A stretch of 64,000 nt of DNA from Macrostomum lignano (taxonomy: Eukaryota), in NCBI GenBank assembly GCA_002269645.1, contig NIVC01000173.1, positions 434,001 to 498,000 on the forward strand, given 5' to 3'. The position numbers and the translations under genes are program-made. How positions within the stretch are numbered: the stretch's first letter is position 1; each line of letters begins with the position of its first letter. The notes under the pieces were generated by a model. That model ran no database searches and was not told the DNA's origin. It was given only the letters and a program-made list of their open reading frames with translations. Shown piece after piece: positions 24,001-35,984 of the stretch.

Positions 24001-27000
24001 AATCCACTTTCTGTCCAGCCATTTAGCAAACCGTTTAGCCTCTTTGTCCATCATCTTTTGCTGGCAGCTGTTTTTTTGTCTCACATCCTACAGCAAGGGT
24101 CAACAAACTTTTTACCTCAAGGGCCGGATGAAGAAGTCAGCTCATGGCTATGGGCCAGTTGAGAGAAGAAAGGAGGGGAATAGAAGAGATAAGAAACAAA
24201 ACAAGATGAGAAAACAGGGGAGAGACGAGAGAAGGAAGAGAAGAGAGAGGGGACAGGGGAGAGGGAAGAGAGGAGAGGGAGATAGAGGGGAAAGAGAGGA
24301 GAGAGGGAAATCTGAGAGAGAAGAGAGAAGGAGGAGAGAGGAGAGAGAGGGGAGAAGAGAGAGGGAGATAGAGGGAAGAGAGGAGAGGGAGATGAGAGAT
24401 AGAAGGGAGAGAGGAGAGAAGAGAAGGGGAGAAGAGAGAGGGGAAGAGAGGAGAGAGGAGATAGAGGAGAGAGGGGAGAGAGGAGAGAGGGGAGAGAGGA
24501 GATAGAGGAGAGAGGGGAGAGAGGAGATAGAGGAGAGAGGGGAGAGGAGATAGAGGCGAGAGGGGAGAGAAGCTCTCTCTAGAGAGGGGAGTGGGGAGAG
24601 GGGTGAGAGAGAGGGATAAGAGAGTGGGCAGTGGTGGGGAGAGAGGAGAGAGGAGAGAGGAGATAAAGGAGAGAGAGGAGAGAAGCTCTCTCTAGAGAGG
24701 GGAGTGGGGAGAGGGGTGAGGGGAGAGAGGGATAAGAGAGTGGGCAGTGGTGGGGAGCGGGGAGAGGAGAGAGGAGATAAAGGAGAGAGAGGAGAGAAGC
24801 TCTCTCTAGAGAGGGGAGTGGGGAGAGGGGTGAGGGGAGAGAGGGATAAGAGAGTGGGCAGTGTGTGGGGAGCGGGGAGAGGAGATAGGAGAGAGAAGAG
24901 AAAAGACAAACATTGAGCGGGTCGGATTGCTATTGTGAAGTTTCAATGGACCTGAAGGCCGGATAGAGAAGCTTCCCGGGCCGCATGTGGACCGCGGACC
25001 GGAGTTGTCCGACCCCTGTGACCTACAGCAAGTCCTCTGGTAATGAGTTAAATCCCAATTCTATCTACCCTTACATCACCGCTTCCACAACCAGGAGGCC
25101 GAGTTCGGCAACTTCGCGGTGCAGCAAAACATCGGCGGCCATCCGATCGCCGTGTTCCGCTTCCCGCCGCACACGAAAATCAAGCCGAACAGCACGGCGA
25201 CAATCTGGGCCGGCTGCAATCCGCCAACCGAAGCGTTGCACCAGCCGCCTACAGATTTCTATTGGCGAGAATATGACCGGTTCAATACGGGGCCGGAGTG
25301 CACTACGGTTGTGTGCGAGCCAAGCGGACGGGTGAGACGCGTGTTTCTCTGGGACCCTTTTGAATTCTTTGAAAATGGTTACTTTCAGCATGCCTACATG
25401 CAACTTTAATTTGTGCTTCAACCTCAAAGGCGGTTGTAGCCTAGAAAGGGGGCTGAAGCCAAGTGGTTACAACGTCAGACTCACGACTGAAACGTCGGGG
25501 GTTCGATTTTCGACCTACGCTCGTACTCGGAACAATTTGTGTCCTTGAGCAAGACAGCTAACTCTGCATTGCTTCAGTTTACCCAGCTGTAAAATGCTAG
25601 ATACCACACCTTTACTGAAAGATTGATGCGGGCACAGCTGCGATCGTCGGGCTGGTCCCTGACTTCACACCTTTAGAAAGATTGGTAGCAGTGGTAGCAC
25701 GTCTGATTATTTTACGCCGAAGTACCTTTGACTCAGACACAAAAGCACGATTTGGCATAAAAAACCTTTATTATCAACTGCACCAGCTTCAGAAAAGTAT
25801 GCGATTTGGACTTTGGACACGATCGTACGTCTCTCACTGAAACGTGCGTCCCCGATTTTCCTCATATTACAGTCCATAGCCTGGACCACGCCGTACCACC
25901 GCTACTCAAAGGACGCCTTTCTTATCGTCACGCCGACAGCCTCGCAGAAAACGTCGGCTAGAGACCCATCTGAAGACTTTGACGGCCTTGAGGGCGAGCC
26001 AAGACTGCCGCAGCATCGAACCCTGCCGCGAGAGGAGCCTGCAACCTTGAGGCGGTGAGTTTAGTGCTTTTGGAAACAAAATTTATGACATTTAAAGACG
26101 ACCTCATTTGGGACCTCATGTGCATGGGGCCTCTACTAAAATTGATAAAAATAAAAATTGGTATACCATGTGAAGTTTAAAGGTGCAGAATTGCTGTCTC
26201 AAAACGTAATTAACTGACCTATCTTCATAGTTTGTACCCTACTTGCTCCCGCCTCAAAACACACAGCGAGAAGACTATGCCCTGCTACGTGTCGTCGCGT
26301 CATCCACACGCCCAGCCAACCTGCAACAGCGTGCATCCGCGATGTGACTCGCCTCGCACCGGCCTGTGGGGCAACGATAATAGCTCAGTAAATAGGCAGT
26401 CGCGCTCGCAAATGACTCGAGTACCAGATCGAGTTCCTGGTGAGCGTATTATTGGTTGTCATGGCTCGTACATGTACTTTTTGCATTCCGTATTGTATTG
26501 AATCACTGAATCAGTTAGTTACGATGGGTTGATGCAGCGAGGGATCGTTTTTACAAGTTTGAAACTTCGTCGAACAGTCTTATGGTAATTTTTACCTCAC
26601 TAGAGTAAAACTTCACAAGCTCGAAATTTCACTATAAATGAATTCTTTAAGATTTTATACTAGCGGAAGTTGCTCGCAAGGCTTTTTAACTATGTGAAGT
26701 CTCGATTCGAGCATATGAAACGCGACGCCCACGTTTTGGGTGACAAATTAAAAATGATCGGTTTGAATTGAAAGTCTTCATTGATATTTTTTGTTTAGCT
26801 TATTGGCTTACATTTGACTAAAGAGGTAGAACATATATTGGCTGTTTCTCCTATATCTTGTGGAGAGTCCATAGCTATGGAGTTAATATATTAAACTGCA
26901 GTTGCTAACCTGAAGACCTTAATTCTACCTTTGCTTGAAGAGATCAACTAAAATGGTATTGGTAAAAATGATTTAACAGAGCGATTGTTGAATGCAATCT

Positions 27001-27109
27001 TATACCAGGTGAGCCGTACACAGGCAGCAGCAACCAGGTGATGGGCTCGGCCCGTGTCATGCACTATCAAGCCAGCCTTCGCAAAAGTGCCACTATTGGC
27101 AACAGAGCT
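18083..27109 (+). CDS. Intermediate filament protein with long (lamin-type) rod plus LMNTD1/IFLTD1-like lamin-tail domain, at least 884 aa
   Basis: Exons 18083-18276, 19108-19197, 19289-19477, 19554-19647, 21786-22076, 22199-23048, 23280-23415, 23789-23867, 25095-25331, 25873-26054, 26231-26439, 27009-27109; all GT-AG and phase-consistent, 2652 nt. Coil 1A KEELIDLNERF, coil 2 end ELDAMRALIEEEETRL, lamin-tail GDIKILEVNPEGKFVRV...FRFP...TIWAG...PPTDFYW. Candidate last exon 27261-27311. Confidence 0.88.
19825..21555. repeat. 33-bp minisatellite (CATGACCAGGAGAGGGTAGAGTCCGAGCTCCGC) with higher-order structure, intron 4 of the filament gene
   Basis: Read directly. Confidence 0.97.
24094..25018 (+). 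mobile_element. hAT/Charlie-like non-autonomous element with expanded GA-rich interior
   Basis: Imperfect TIRs CAAGGGTCAACAAAC / GTTGTCCGACCCCTG and a subterminal GGGCCGCATGTGGACCGCGGACCG typical of Charlie-type ends. No clean 8-bp TSD. Confidence 0.7.
25448..25710 (+). mobile_element. tRNA-derived SINE with CORE-like central domain (copy 1)
   Basis: A-box-like GCCAAGTGG, B-box GGTTCGATT at ~25500, and core TGTGTCCTTGAGCAAGACAGCTAACTC...CAGTTTACCCAGCTGTAAAATG. Second copy at ~62845. Boundaries approximate. Confidence 0.72.
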
Positions 27110-29002
27110 GTAAGTGCATATTGTCTTTTTTTCAATTACTGATCGTCTTGAACTGAATGCAGTTACTACTACTGTAGATCTATATAGGCCGAATTCGACG
27201 CTTAATTATACTTACTGAAACATTAACAAACTAATCCATCCGCCCGTTTTGTTGGGTCAGTCGTATTACATGCGGACTTTTACCTTTCAACACCTATTAG
27301 CACTTTTATAATTGGGTGATTGGGTGTCCCAGAAGTATAGTGCCAGTTTTATGCGTGTAAAGGTGGTACGTTACACCTTTCTTCCGTGCAAGCGTAGAAT
27401 TACTGTATCGTGTATATATTTATATTTATATCTTTATCTATATGGTCAAGGGTGCGCAAGCAAATGCCCCTAGAGCAGGAAGAATACATGCGAAAATCGG
27501 ATTTTCTGTGCTTGAAAGCTAAAAAAGCTGCTTATAGTCGGCCAATGCAAAAAGTAATTAACACTCACGTTCCTATACTTGTGGCAGAAAGAAAAGGGTG
27601 ACACATAAACTTCTATGACACCCCTCGTACAAATTTTATAACTTTATTAATTTACTTTAGTCAGTATATTTACGACTCGTAGAGGGGCGTTAAATAGTTT
27701 TAAGTTTTACTTCTACATGTACATGCAAAGTGTGTAATTAAGTACGTTCGCATACATGTACATTTGGGAGCCAGATACATGTATGATTGCCCTAATTTAT
27801 ATGTACATACATGTACATTTAACTATCGCGACGAAACGATCCAGGTTAGGTAATGGTTCGTAATTATTATACAGTATGCATGTTTGCGGTAATGTAATAA
27901 TAAACATATATTACTACAGTGTTTCTTAGGTACTGATATGTACAACAGGTGTGATTTTATTTAGCCCAACTTAAAGTCAATCATGCAATTAAATAAGTGA
28001 GCAATTTAACAAATTGATAGTAGATATAGTTTCTTGAAAATCGACAGTTAATTATTATTTCAAATTTTTTAAGCAAAAGCCTAAATCTTTTCAATAATAT
28101 TTTATTTAAAAAAAATTACTTAATTGTAGACTACAATTCCGCAAAAACGTTTACTCTATCTTTAACACCAAAACGACAAATTTATAACCATTAACATTTA
28201 TGTAAAGACGTATTATATGTAGTTGCGTTGACGTGCTGAGTATACCTGCCTAATGTAACGTTTTACATCGTCAGAAACTTTAACAAACAACTGCAAGGGT
28301 GCATTAGCTTTTTATATGTAATATCCTTTAACCATATCATAATTTATTTTTTGCCATTGCAGCTACCTCTAGTCAGCAGTGCTTTCAATACACAATACTC
28401 AAGCAGTATGCCGCATTTTAAGTACGTAATTTACACATTTTATCATAAAATTATTATTGATCAGCACAGAAAATATTCCAGTTGTAAAACATAATTTGTG
28501 ATTGCACTTCTTGATGCATTATTTTGGCCTAATTGTCTATATTTACCGGCGCGTACTCGCATGCAGTGGCAGAGCAAGCTATTAATGCAGATGCAGGACG
28601 AATGTTATGTTGCCTGCTATATGTAAACCTTTATCTTAAAACAACTTTCACGATAATTAATTTGCTTTGAAATTTGTCTCAATAAGAAATGAATTGTAAT
28701 TTTTATGGCAGAACTGTAATTTTCAAGTCTGGCAAAATCAAGAATTATTGGGTCTTTATTTTGCATACGAAATGTAATATATAATTTTGTTATAATTGGT
28801 AAAATGCAACCGTGAGGCAACCCGGGGGCCAACAGATAATCTATAATAATAGATACACTGTTAGGCCTTAACTATGCTTTATATTTTTGCTTTCATTATC
28901 GCTAATGAGTCGTCATGTTATGCATATTTGCTTTTCAACCTATCCTCTTATACCTCTGTCAATTAAAATTGCACGCAAGGACTACTCAAGTACTTGAGTA
29001 GG

Positions 29003-29192
29003 CAGTAGCGCAACCAGAAATTTTTCAAGGGGGGGGGCGGATTCTGAGGGTAAAGTCCCGGGAGGGGGGGCGGCGGAGGGGTGGCTCTGTTTTTGGCGAA
29101 AATTCGCTTGGTCCCCCCTTTGATTTTTTTTCGGTCCCCCGCCTAAGGGGGGGGGGCGACCGCCCCCCCGCCCCCCCCTGGTTGCGCCACTG
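29003..29192. mobile_element. hAT-like MITE, 190 bp, G/C-run rich
   Basis: TIR CAGTAGCGCAACCAG / CTGGTTGCGCCACTG with a perfect 8-bp TSD, TGAGTAGG (28995-29002 and 29193-29200). Confidence 0.92.
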
Positions 29193-29505
29193 TGAGTAGG
29201 TCTTGACTACTCGAAAAATGGTAATAAAATTGTGTTAATTAAGACCCTGTCCGTCTCCACATTAGTCGTATTCGGTATTCGAATCAGTATTCGTAGTAGT
29301 TTATTTATATCGGCAAAAATTAAATATTATCGCGAAGGATAATGTCTGACCTCGGCTTCATTTTCATTACAGCTCAGTGGCTCCACCTAACATTGTCCAT
29401 GTTATGATATTTGTCTTCTCAGTGGACGCACCTTTTGCCAAGACAAGTACGAGCGTATAGAGATGAAAGGAAATAAATTAGGATGTAGATGATCTTCGCA
29501 ACTAA

Positions 29506-29578
29506 GCCGCGATAGCTCAGTAGGGAGAGCGTTAGACTGAAGATCTAAAGGTCCCTGGTTCGATCCCGGGTCGCGGCA
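29506..29578 (+). tRNA. tRNA-Phe (GAA), 73 nt, intronless, no encoded CCA
   Basis: Acceptor stem GCCGCGA/TCGCGGC, anticodon arm TTAGA-CTGAAGA-TCTAA, T-loop GGTTCGATCC. Confidence 0.97.
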
Positions 29579-29579
29579 A

Positions 29580-29586
29580 TTTTTTT
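29580..29586 (+). terminator. RNA polymerase III terminator (T7)
   Basis: T-run immediately after the tRNA. Confidence 0.85.
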
Positions 29587-30865
29587 GTCTGTGGCGACCA
29601 TCTGTCGGCAATATATTTTCATGGATGTTTTTACTATTTCGTCAAATATTAATTTATAAAATTTTCAACTAACTAAAGTTCACCTTTAACGCAAAAGTCC
29701 ATCAGTTTACGATATGTGTCGAAAGTATGTCTTTTCATGCGATTTTTTAACTGAAAAATACTCGAGTTAGGAGTATAAACTTGTAAAGTTTAAATTTGCA
29801 CGCTAGCAACTAACTTCGGCATTTTCAACCAAATTTTAGCCTGACGTAATTCTTCGCTCGGATCTGGAGCGGCCAAGCCCGTTTTCAAAGCCACACAGCC
29901 GGTTCGACGATGGAATGAAGCAGGTTCAGAGCATGTACAATTCTGAGCATTTACCGCCAATGCCCCGGCCGCCAGCAGCTGTAAAAGCCGAAGGAAACTG
30001 AGTTGCAAAAGCGACCAAATGGTTTACAGCTATATTGTTTGAATTTCAAAAAAAGTAGCACGAATTTATATTTTTAAGCCGTCTTGCTGCCAGCTTTAAG
30101 TTTTACGCCGAGTTTTTTATTTTTATATTGTTTTCATCTACTTATAGTAGAGAAATAATAATAGTTGCTTTGAAATTATTCTAACCTTATAATTACCGTG
30201 TGCGCACGCCAGTAGCTCGTGATTAAAGCTTTTAAAAAAACACCGTCTCCTTTTAATGCTTTTTCCAATTCTCTTACTTTTATTGATTGCCTAACTACTT
30301 AAGGATGATAGATCTATATTTTGCCACTATTTTAAAATTTTCGATCGGATTAACACTTAACAAATATAAGAAAAATCTGACAATTTTTTTTGCGAATCCC
30401 ATGACAGAATCTGAAACTTTCAATACCGAATTCATCGTCAATATACCCATTTGCTTCTACGTTTTGCCTTTTTTAAGCTGTATCGTTTTTGCAGTATGTA
30501 CAGTACAAATATAAATACTTATAATAATTATTAAATAAATTCAGACTAAACGTAATGTTGCTGACGTTCCAAAGTTTAGGACAAATTTTCAGTATTCGAT
30601 GTACTTTTGTTTGTTAATAGATTCTAGTGCCGTAGAACATCGTGACAGTATTTGGCGCCGCCCTGACACTACTGAGAATTGGCGCCCCTCTGACATAATT
30701 ATCGCCACCCTGACCCTATTGGCGCCACTCTGACACTTTTAGCGCCACCCTGGCGCATAATGGCGCAACTTCTGACTCTATTATAGCGCTTCTAGTTGAC
30801 ACTACCGGTTGCCCCTGACACTATACTAGGCACCACAAACTATCTATCTATTGGCACCCCAACAC

Positions 30866-31418
30866 AGTAGATATTGGCGCCTCCACACCGTAGATATTGG
30901 CGCCCTCACACCGTAGATACTGGCGCCCTCACACCGTAGATATTGGCGCCCTCACACCGTAGATATTGGCGCCCTCACACTGTAGATATTGGCGCCTCCA
31001 CACCGTAGATATTGGCGCCCTCACACAATAGATATTGGCGCCTCCACACCGTAGATATTGGCGCCCTCACACCGTAGATATTGGCGCCCTCACACCGTAG
31101 ATATTTGTGCCCTCACACAGTAGATATTGGCGCCCTCACACAGTAGATATTGGCGCCCTCACACCGTAGATATTGGCGCCTCCACACCGTAGATATTGGC
31201 GCCCTCACACCGTAGATATTGGCGCCTCACACCGTAGATATTGGCGCCTCACACCGTAGATATTGGCGCCTCACACCGTAGATATTGGCGCCTCACACCG
31301 TAGATATTGGCGCCTCACACCGTAGATATTGGCGCCTCTAGATATTGGCACACCGTAGATATTGACATTATTGGCGCCTCCACACCGTAGATATTGGCGC
31401 CTCCACACCGTAGATATT
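30866..31418. repeat. 22-23-bp minisatellite (TAGATATTGGCGCCCTCACACCG)
   Basis: Read directly; degenerate relatives at 30650-30860. Confidence 0.95.
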
Positions 31419-31854
31419 GTCGATATTTGCGCTCGCAAATTTATGCGGGTTTTACCTTTTAAAAACCCTTTCAAATTGCTAAGCGTAGTTTTAATGACAA
31501 CAGCATTTTCTTAATTTATTTTATTTTAATAAAGCAGCTGAATTCTCGCTTTAAAAGAGAATTTTCAAAGCCAAGCAAAATCCTTGTTGACTCCGCTTTT
31601 GTAGGAAGCAACAAAATCAATATTCAGGCTCAGAGCTTCTGAGATTTCAATCGAACAAGAGAAAAAACACGCAAAAACTGGGCGTGACAATTTTCTGAAA
31701 GCCCTGATCCACTTCTAATCTTCTTCCAGCCTTCGATATTTAATGATTGCAGAATTGCAGACTGCATGCTCAGCGTAAGAGTACACTGTAATTTCAGTAC
31801 CTTGTCCATCTTATTTGCGCTTTGCTAGATCTTCTCACAGACTCGCATAACCAC

Positions 31855-32900
31855 ATTGGGAGTGAGTCTGCTATCAATGAAGTGATCGTCTAGTAGCTTT
31901 GGAGTGAGTCTAGTAGCTTTGGAGTGAGTCTATGGTAGCTTTGGAGTGAGTCTATAGTAGCTTTGGAGTGAGTCTAGTAGCTTTGGAGTGAGTCTATAGT
32001 AGCTTTGGAGTGAGTCTATAGTAGCTTTGGAGTGAGTCTATGGTAGCTTTGGAGTGAGTCTATGGTAGCTTTGGAGTGAGTCTATAGTAGCTTTGGAGTG
32101 AGTCTATGGTAGCTTTGGAGTGAGTCTATAGTAGCTTTGGAGTGAGTCTATGGTAGTTTTGGAGTGAGTATAGCAGCTTTGGAGTGAGTCTATAGTAGCT
32201 TTGGAGTGAGTCTAGTAGCTTTGGAGTGAGTCTAGTAGCTTTGGAGTGAGTCTATAGTAGCTTTGGAGTGAGTCTATGGTAGCTTTGGAGTGAGTCTATA
32301 GTAGCTTTGGAGTGAGTCTATAGTAGCTTTGGAGTGAGTCTATGGTAGCTTTGGAGTGAGTCTATGGTAGCTTTGGAGTGAGTCCTTAGTAGCTTTGGAG
32401 TGAGTCTATGGTAGCTTTGGAGTGAGTCTATAGTAGCTTTGGAGTGAGTCTATAGTAGCTTTGGAGTGAGTCTATGGTAGCTTTGGAGTGAGTCTATGGT
32501 AGCTTTGGAGTGAGTCCTTAGTAGCTTTGGAGTGAGTCTATAGTAGCTTTGGAGTGAGTATAGCAGCTTTGGAGTGAGTCTATAGTAGCTTTGGAGTGAG
32601 TCTAGTAGCTTTGGAGTGAGTCTAGTAGCTTTGGAGTGAGTCTATAGTAGCTTTGGAGTGAGTCTAGTAGCTTTGGAGTGAGTCTATAGTAGCTTTGAAG
32701 TGAGTCTAGTAGCTTTGTAGTGAGTCTAGTAGCTTTGCAGTGAGTCTAGTAGCTTTGGAGTGTGTCTAGTAGCTTCGAGGTGAGTCTAGTAGCTTTTTGG
32801 CGTGAGTCTAGTAGCTTCAGAGTGATTCTAGTCTAGTAACTTCAGAGTAACTATTTTAGTAGCTTCTGAGTAACTATTCTAGTAAAGCTTCTGAGTAACT
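31855..32900. repeat. 20/22-bp minisatellite (GTAGCTTTGGAGTGAGTCTA)
   Basis: Reverse complement of the arrays at 33525-33780 and 35335-35860. Confidence 0.96.
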
Positions 32901-33298
32901 TTTGTACTAGCGTTTCTTAGCCTGCGTTGTCCTACTTGCGTATTGGAGGAACTTCAAAACAACAATGACTCAATACAAAAAGTAGTGCAAACTGCAACGA
33001 AAGATTGGAAGAGAAGAAACCGTCTATCGACTCACAAAATCACACCACCAATATCGGAAGAATCCAAGAAAGTCCAGCTGCCGTTTAATCAGTCCCAGTC
33101 AAGCACCGGGTGGCGTGACTGACCCGCCCGTCACTCGGGCAGGTCAATGTTTAACTCGGCTAAACCCCCAACTGGAGAGTGGCCTGACCCGATACCGCAT
33201 AATTCTCTTAGAAATGCACGTTTTCGGATATGGAAACAAGGCAGCTGTTGGAGTCCCACGGCACCGGACACCTACTTGTGTTATTCGGTTGCGAAGGC

Positions 33299-33304
33299 TA
33301 TAAA
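33299..33304 (+). promoter_or_regulatory. Possible TATA box
   Basis: TATAAA about 100 bp upstream of the ATG at 33403; motif only. Confidence 0.3.
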
Positions 33305-33402
33305 TTGGCGAAGGATTGGCAGGATTCTGATTCTGTACACTGCAATACTTTCAACACCTTCAAGTGTTCTATAGCGACAGATCCTACCCATTGACTTCTA
33401 GA

Positions 33403-35984
33403 ATGCAGCTGCTTCTCGTCACCCTTGCTCTGGTGGCCGCCGGTGCCTCCGCTGAGCAGCTTCAGTGGAAAGACTGCGGTGAGTGTGTACCGACTGCATT
33501 GGGGCTCATTGCAGTGCTGCTAGCCTCAGACTTGACTCACTCCAAGGCTGCTAGACTCACTCCAAGGCTACTAGACTCACTCAAAGGCTACTAGACTCAC
33601 TCCAAGGCTACTAGACTCACTCCAAGGCTGCTAGACTCACTCCAAGGCTACTAGACTCACTCCAAGGCTACTTGACTCACTAGAAGGCTACTAGACTCAC
33701 CCCAAGGCTGCTAGACTCACCCCAAGGCTGCTTGGCTCACTCCAAGGCTACTAGACTCACTCCAAGGCTACTAGAGTCACTTTAAAGCTAATAAAGTCGC
33801 TCCAAAGCTAATAGAGTCACTCTGAAGCTAATAGAGTCACTCCAAAGCTAATAGAGTCACTCCAAAGCTAATAGAGTCACTCCAAAGCTAATAGAGTCAC
33901 TCCAAAGCTAATAGAGTCACTCCAAAGCTAATAGAGTCACTCCAAAGCTAATAGAGTCACTCCAAAGCTAATAGAGTCACTCCAAAGCTAATAGAGTCAC
34001 TCCAAAGCTAATAGAGTCACTCCAAAGCTAATAGAGTCACTCAAAGGCTACTAGAATCACTCCAAGGCTACTAGAGTCACTTTAAAGCTAATAGAGTCAC
34101 TCCGAAGCTAATAGAGTCACTCCAATGCCAATAGAGCCACTCCAAAGCTAATAGAGTCATTGCAAAGCTAATAGAGTCACTCCAAAGCTAATAGAGTCAC
34201 TCCAAAGCTAATAGAGTCACTCCAAAGCTAATATAGTCACTCCGAAGCTAATGAGTCGCTCCAAAGGTAATAGAGTCACTCCGAAGCTAATAGAGTCACT
34301 CCGAAGCTAATAGAGTCACTCCGAAGCTGATAGAGTCACTCCGAAGCTAATAGAGTCACTCCGAAGCTAATAGAGTCACTCCGAAGCTAATAGAGTCACT
34401 CCGAAGCTAATAGAGTCACTCCGAAGCTAATAGAGTCACTCCGAAGCTAATAGAGTCACTCCAAAGCTAATAGAGTCACTCCAAAGCTGGGTCTCTTTAA
34501 GTCTATTAGAAGCACTACCACTGCATAAAAATGACTCCAACTCATTCCAGGCTCCTCAAGCGATATCGTGAAGATCACTGACTTCGGCATGCGCCCCTAC
34601 CCGCCGATCGCTCAGAAGGGCTTCAACTTCCAGCTGTTCGTCAAGGGTCGCGTCAACAGGGACTTCGGCGAGGCCAAGATGAACCTGAAGCTGTCCCGCA
34701 AGGTCCTGGGCTTCTGGGTCCCGATCCCCTGCCTTGCTGGCTACGGTAGCTGCACCTACGACAACGGCTGCCAGCTGATGGACACCCTCCTCCGCGAGGC
34801 CTCCATCCCGGAGATCCCCGACGAGTGCCCTGGCATCCGCGCCCAGAATGTCGACATGGCCAACAGCATCACCCTGCCCGAGATTCCCGGCCCTCTGGCT
34901 TGGCTCGTGTCGGTAAGAGGAAATCTCCGCTCCAATGCTTGTAGTATAACTCCAATGTCTGTAGTATAACTCCAATGTCTGTAGTATAACTCCAATGTCT
35001 GTAGTATAACTCCAATGTCTGTAGTACTCCAATGTCTGTAGTATAACTCCAATGTCTGTAGTATAACTCCAATGTCTGTAGTATAACTCCAATGTCTGTA
35101 GTATAACTCCAATGTCTGTAGTATAACTCCAATGTCTGTAGTATAACTCCAATGTCTGTAGCATAACTCCAATGTCTGTAGTATAACTCCAATGTCTGTA
35201 GTATAACTCCAATGTCTGTAGTATAACTCAAATGTCTGTAGTATAACTCCAATGTTGTAGTATAACTCCAATGTCTGTAGAATAAATTTAAATTACAATG
35301 GCTCTAAATCGTCTTCTAAACAATCTAAAGCCACTAGACTCACTCCAAAGCTACTTGACTCACTCCAAAGCTACTTGACTCACTCCAAAGCTACTAGACT
35401 CACTCCAAAGCTACTTGACTCACTCCAAAGCTACTAGACTCACTCCAAAGCTACTAGACTCACTACAAACCTACTAGACTCACTCCAAAGCTACTTGACT
35501 CACTCCAAAGCTACTAGACTCACTCCAAAGCTACTAGACTCACTCCAAAGCTGCTAGACTCACTCCAAAGCTACTAGACTCACTCCAAAGCTACTAGACT
35601 CACTCCAAAGCTACTAGACTCACTCCAAAGCTACTGGACTCACTCCAAAGCTACTAGACTCACTCCAAAGCTACTTGACTCACTCCAAAGCTGCTAGACT
35701 CACTCCAAAGCTACTAGACTCACTCCAAAGCTGCTAGACTCACTCCAAAGCTACTAGACTCACTCCAAAGCTACTTGACTCGCTGAAAAGCTGCTAGACT
35801 CATTTCAAAGCTGCTAGACACACTGAAAAGCTGCTAGACTCATTTCAAAGCTGCTAGACTGCTACACAGAATAAAATGCCAATCAATTCCGCAGGGCACT
35901 TACCGCGCCCGCGGCGAGGTGATCGAGAACGGCAGCAATGCCCGCGTGATCTGCATGGAGCTTGAGGGTCGCATTGAAGATTAA
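33403..35984 (+). CDS. GM2A: GM2 ganglioside activator-like / ML-domain secreted lipid-binding protein, 175 aa
   Basis: Exons 33403-33478, 34551-34912, 35895-35984; phases 1 and 0. Signal peptide, QWKDCG, WVPIPCLAGYGSCTY, WLVSGTYR...RVICM. AATAAA at 36067 and 36082. Confidence 0.9.
33525..34490. repeat. 20-bp minisatellite, two sub-blocks (TAGACTCACTCCAAGGCTAC, then TAGAGTCACTCCAAAGCTAA), intron 1
   Basis: Read directly. Confidence 0.95.
34937..35280. repeat. 20-bp minisatellite (GTAGTATAACTCCAATGTCT), intron 2
   Basis: Read directly. Confidence 0.95.
35335..35860. repeat. 20-bp minisatellite (TAGACTCACTCCAAAGCTAC), intron 2
   Basis: Read directly. Confidence 0.95.

Noticed and set aside
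24044-24916. Arg/Glu-rich and Leu/Ser-rich ORFs
   Set aside because: GA-rich interior of an intronic MITE.
29790-30008. 72-aa minus ORF with a signal-peptide-like start
   Set aside because: Starts at TTG, no partner exon found, no motif; could be an isolated exon but unsupported.
34556-35271. Minus-strand ORFs over the ML gene
   Set aside because: 20-bp array plus the antisense shadow of the real exon.
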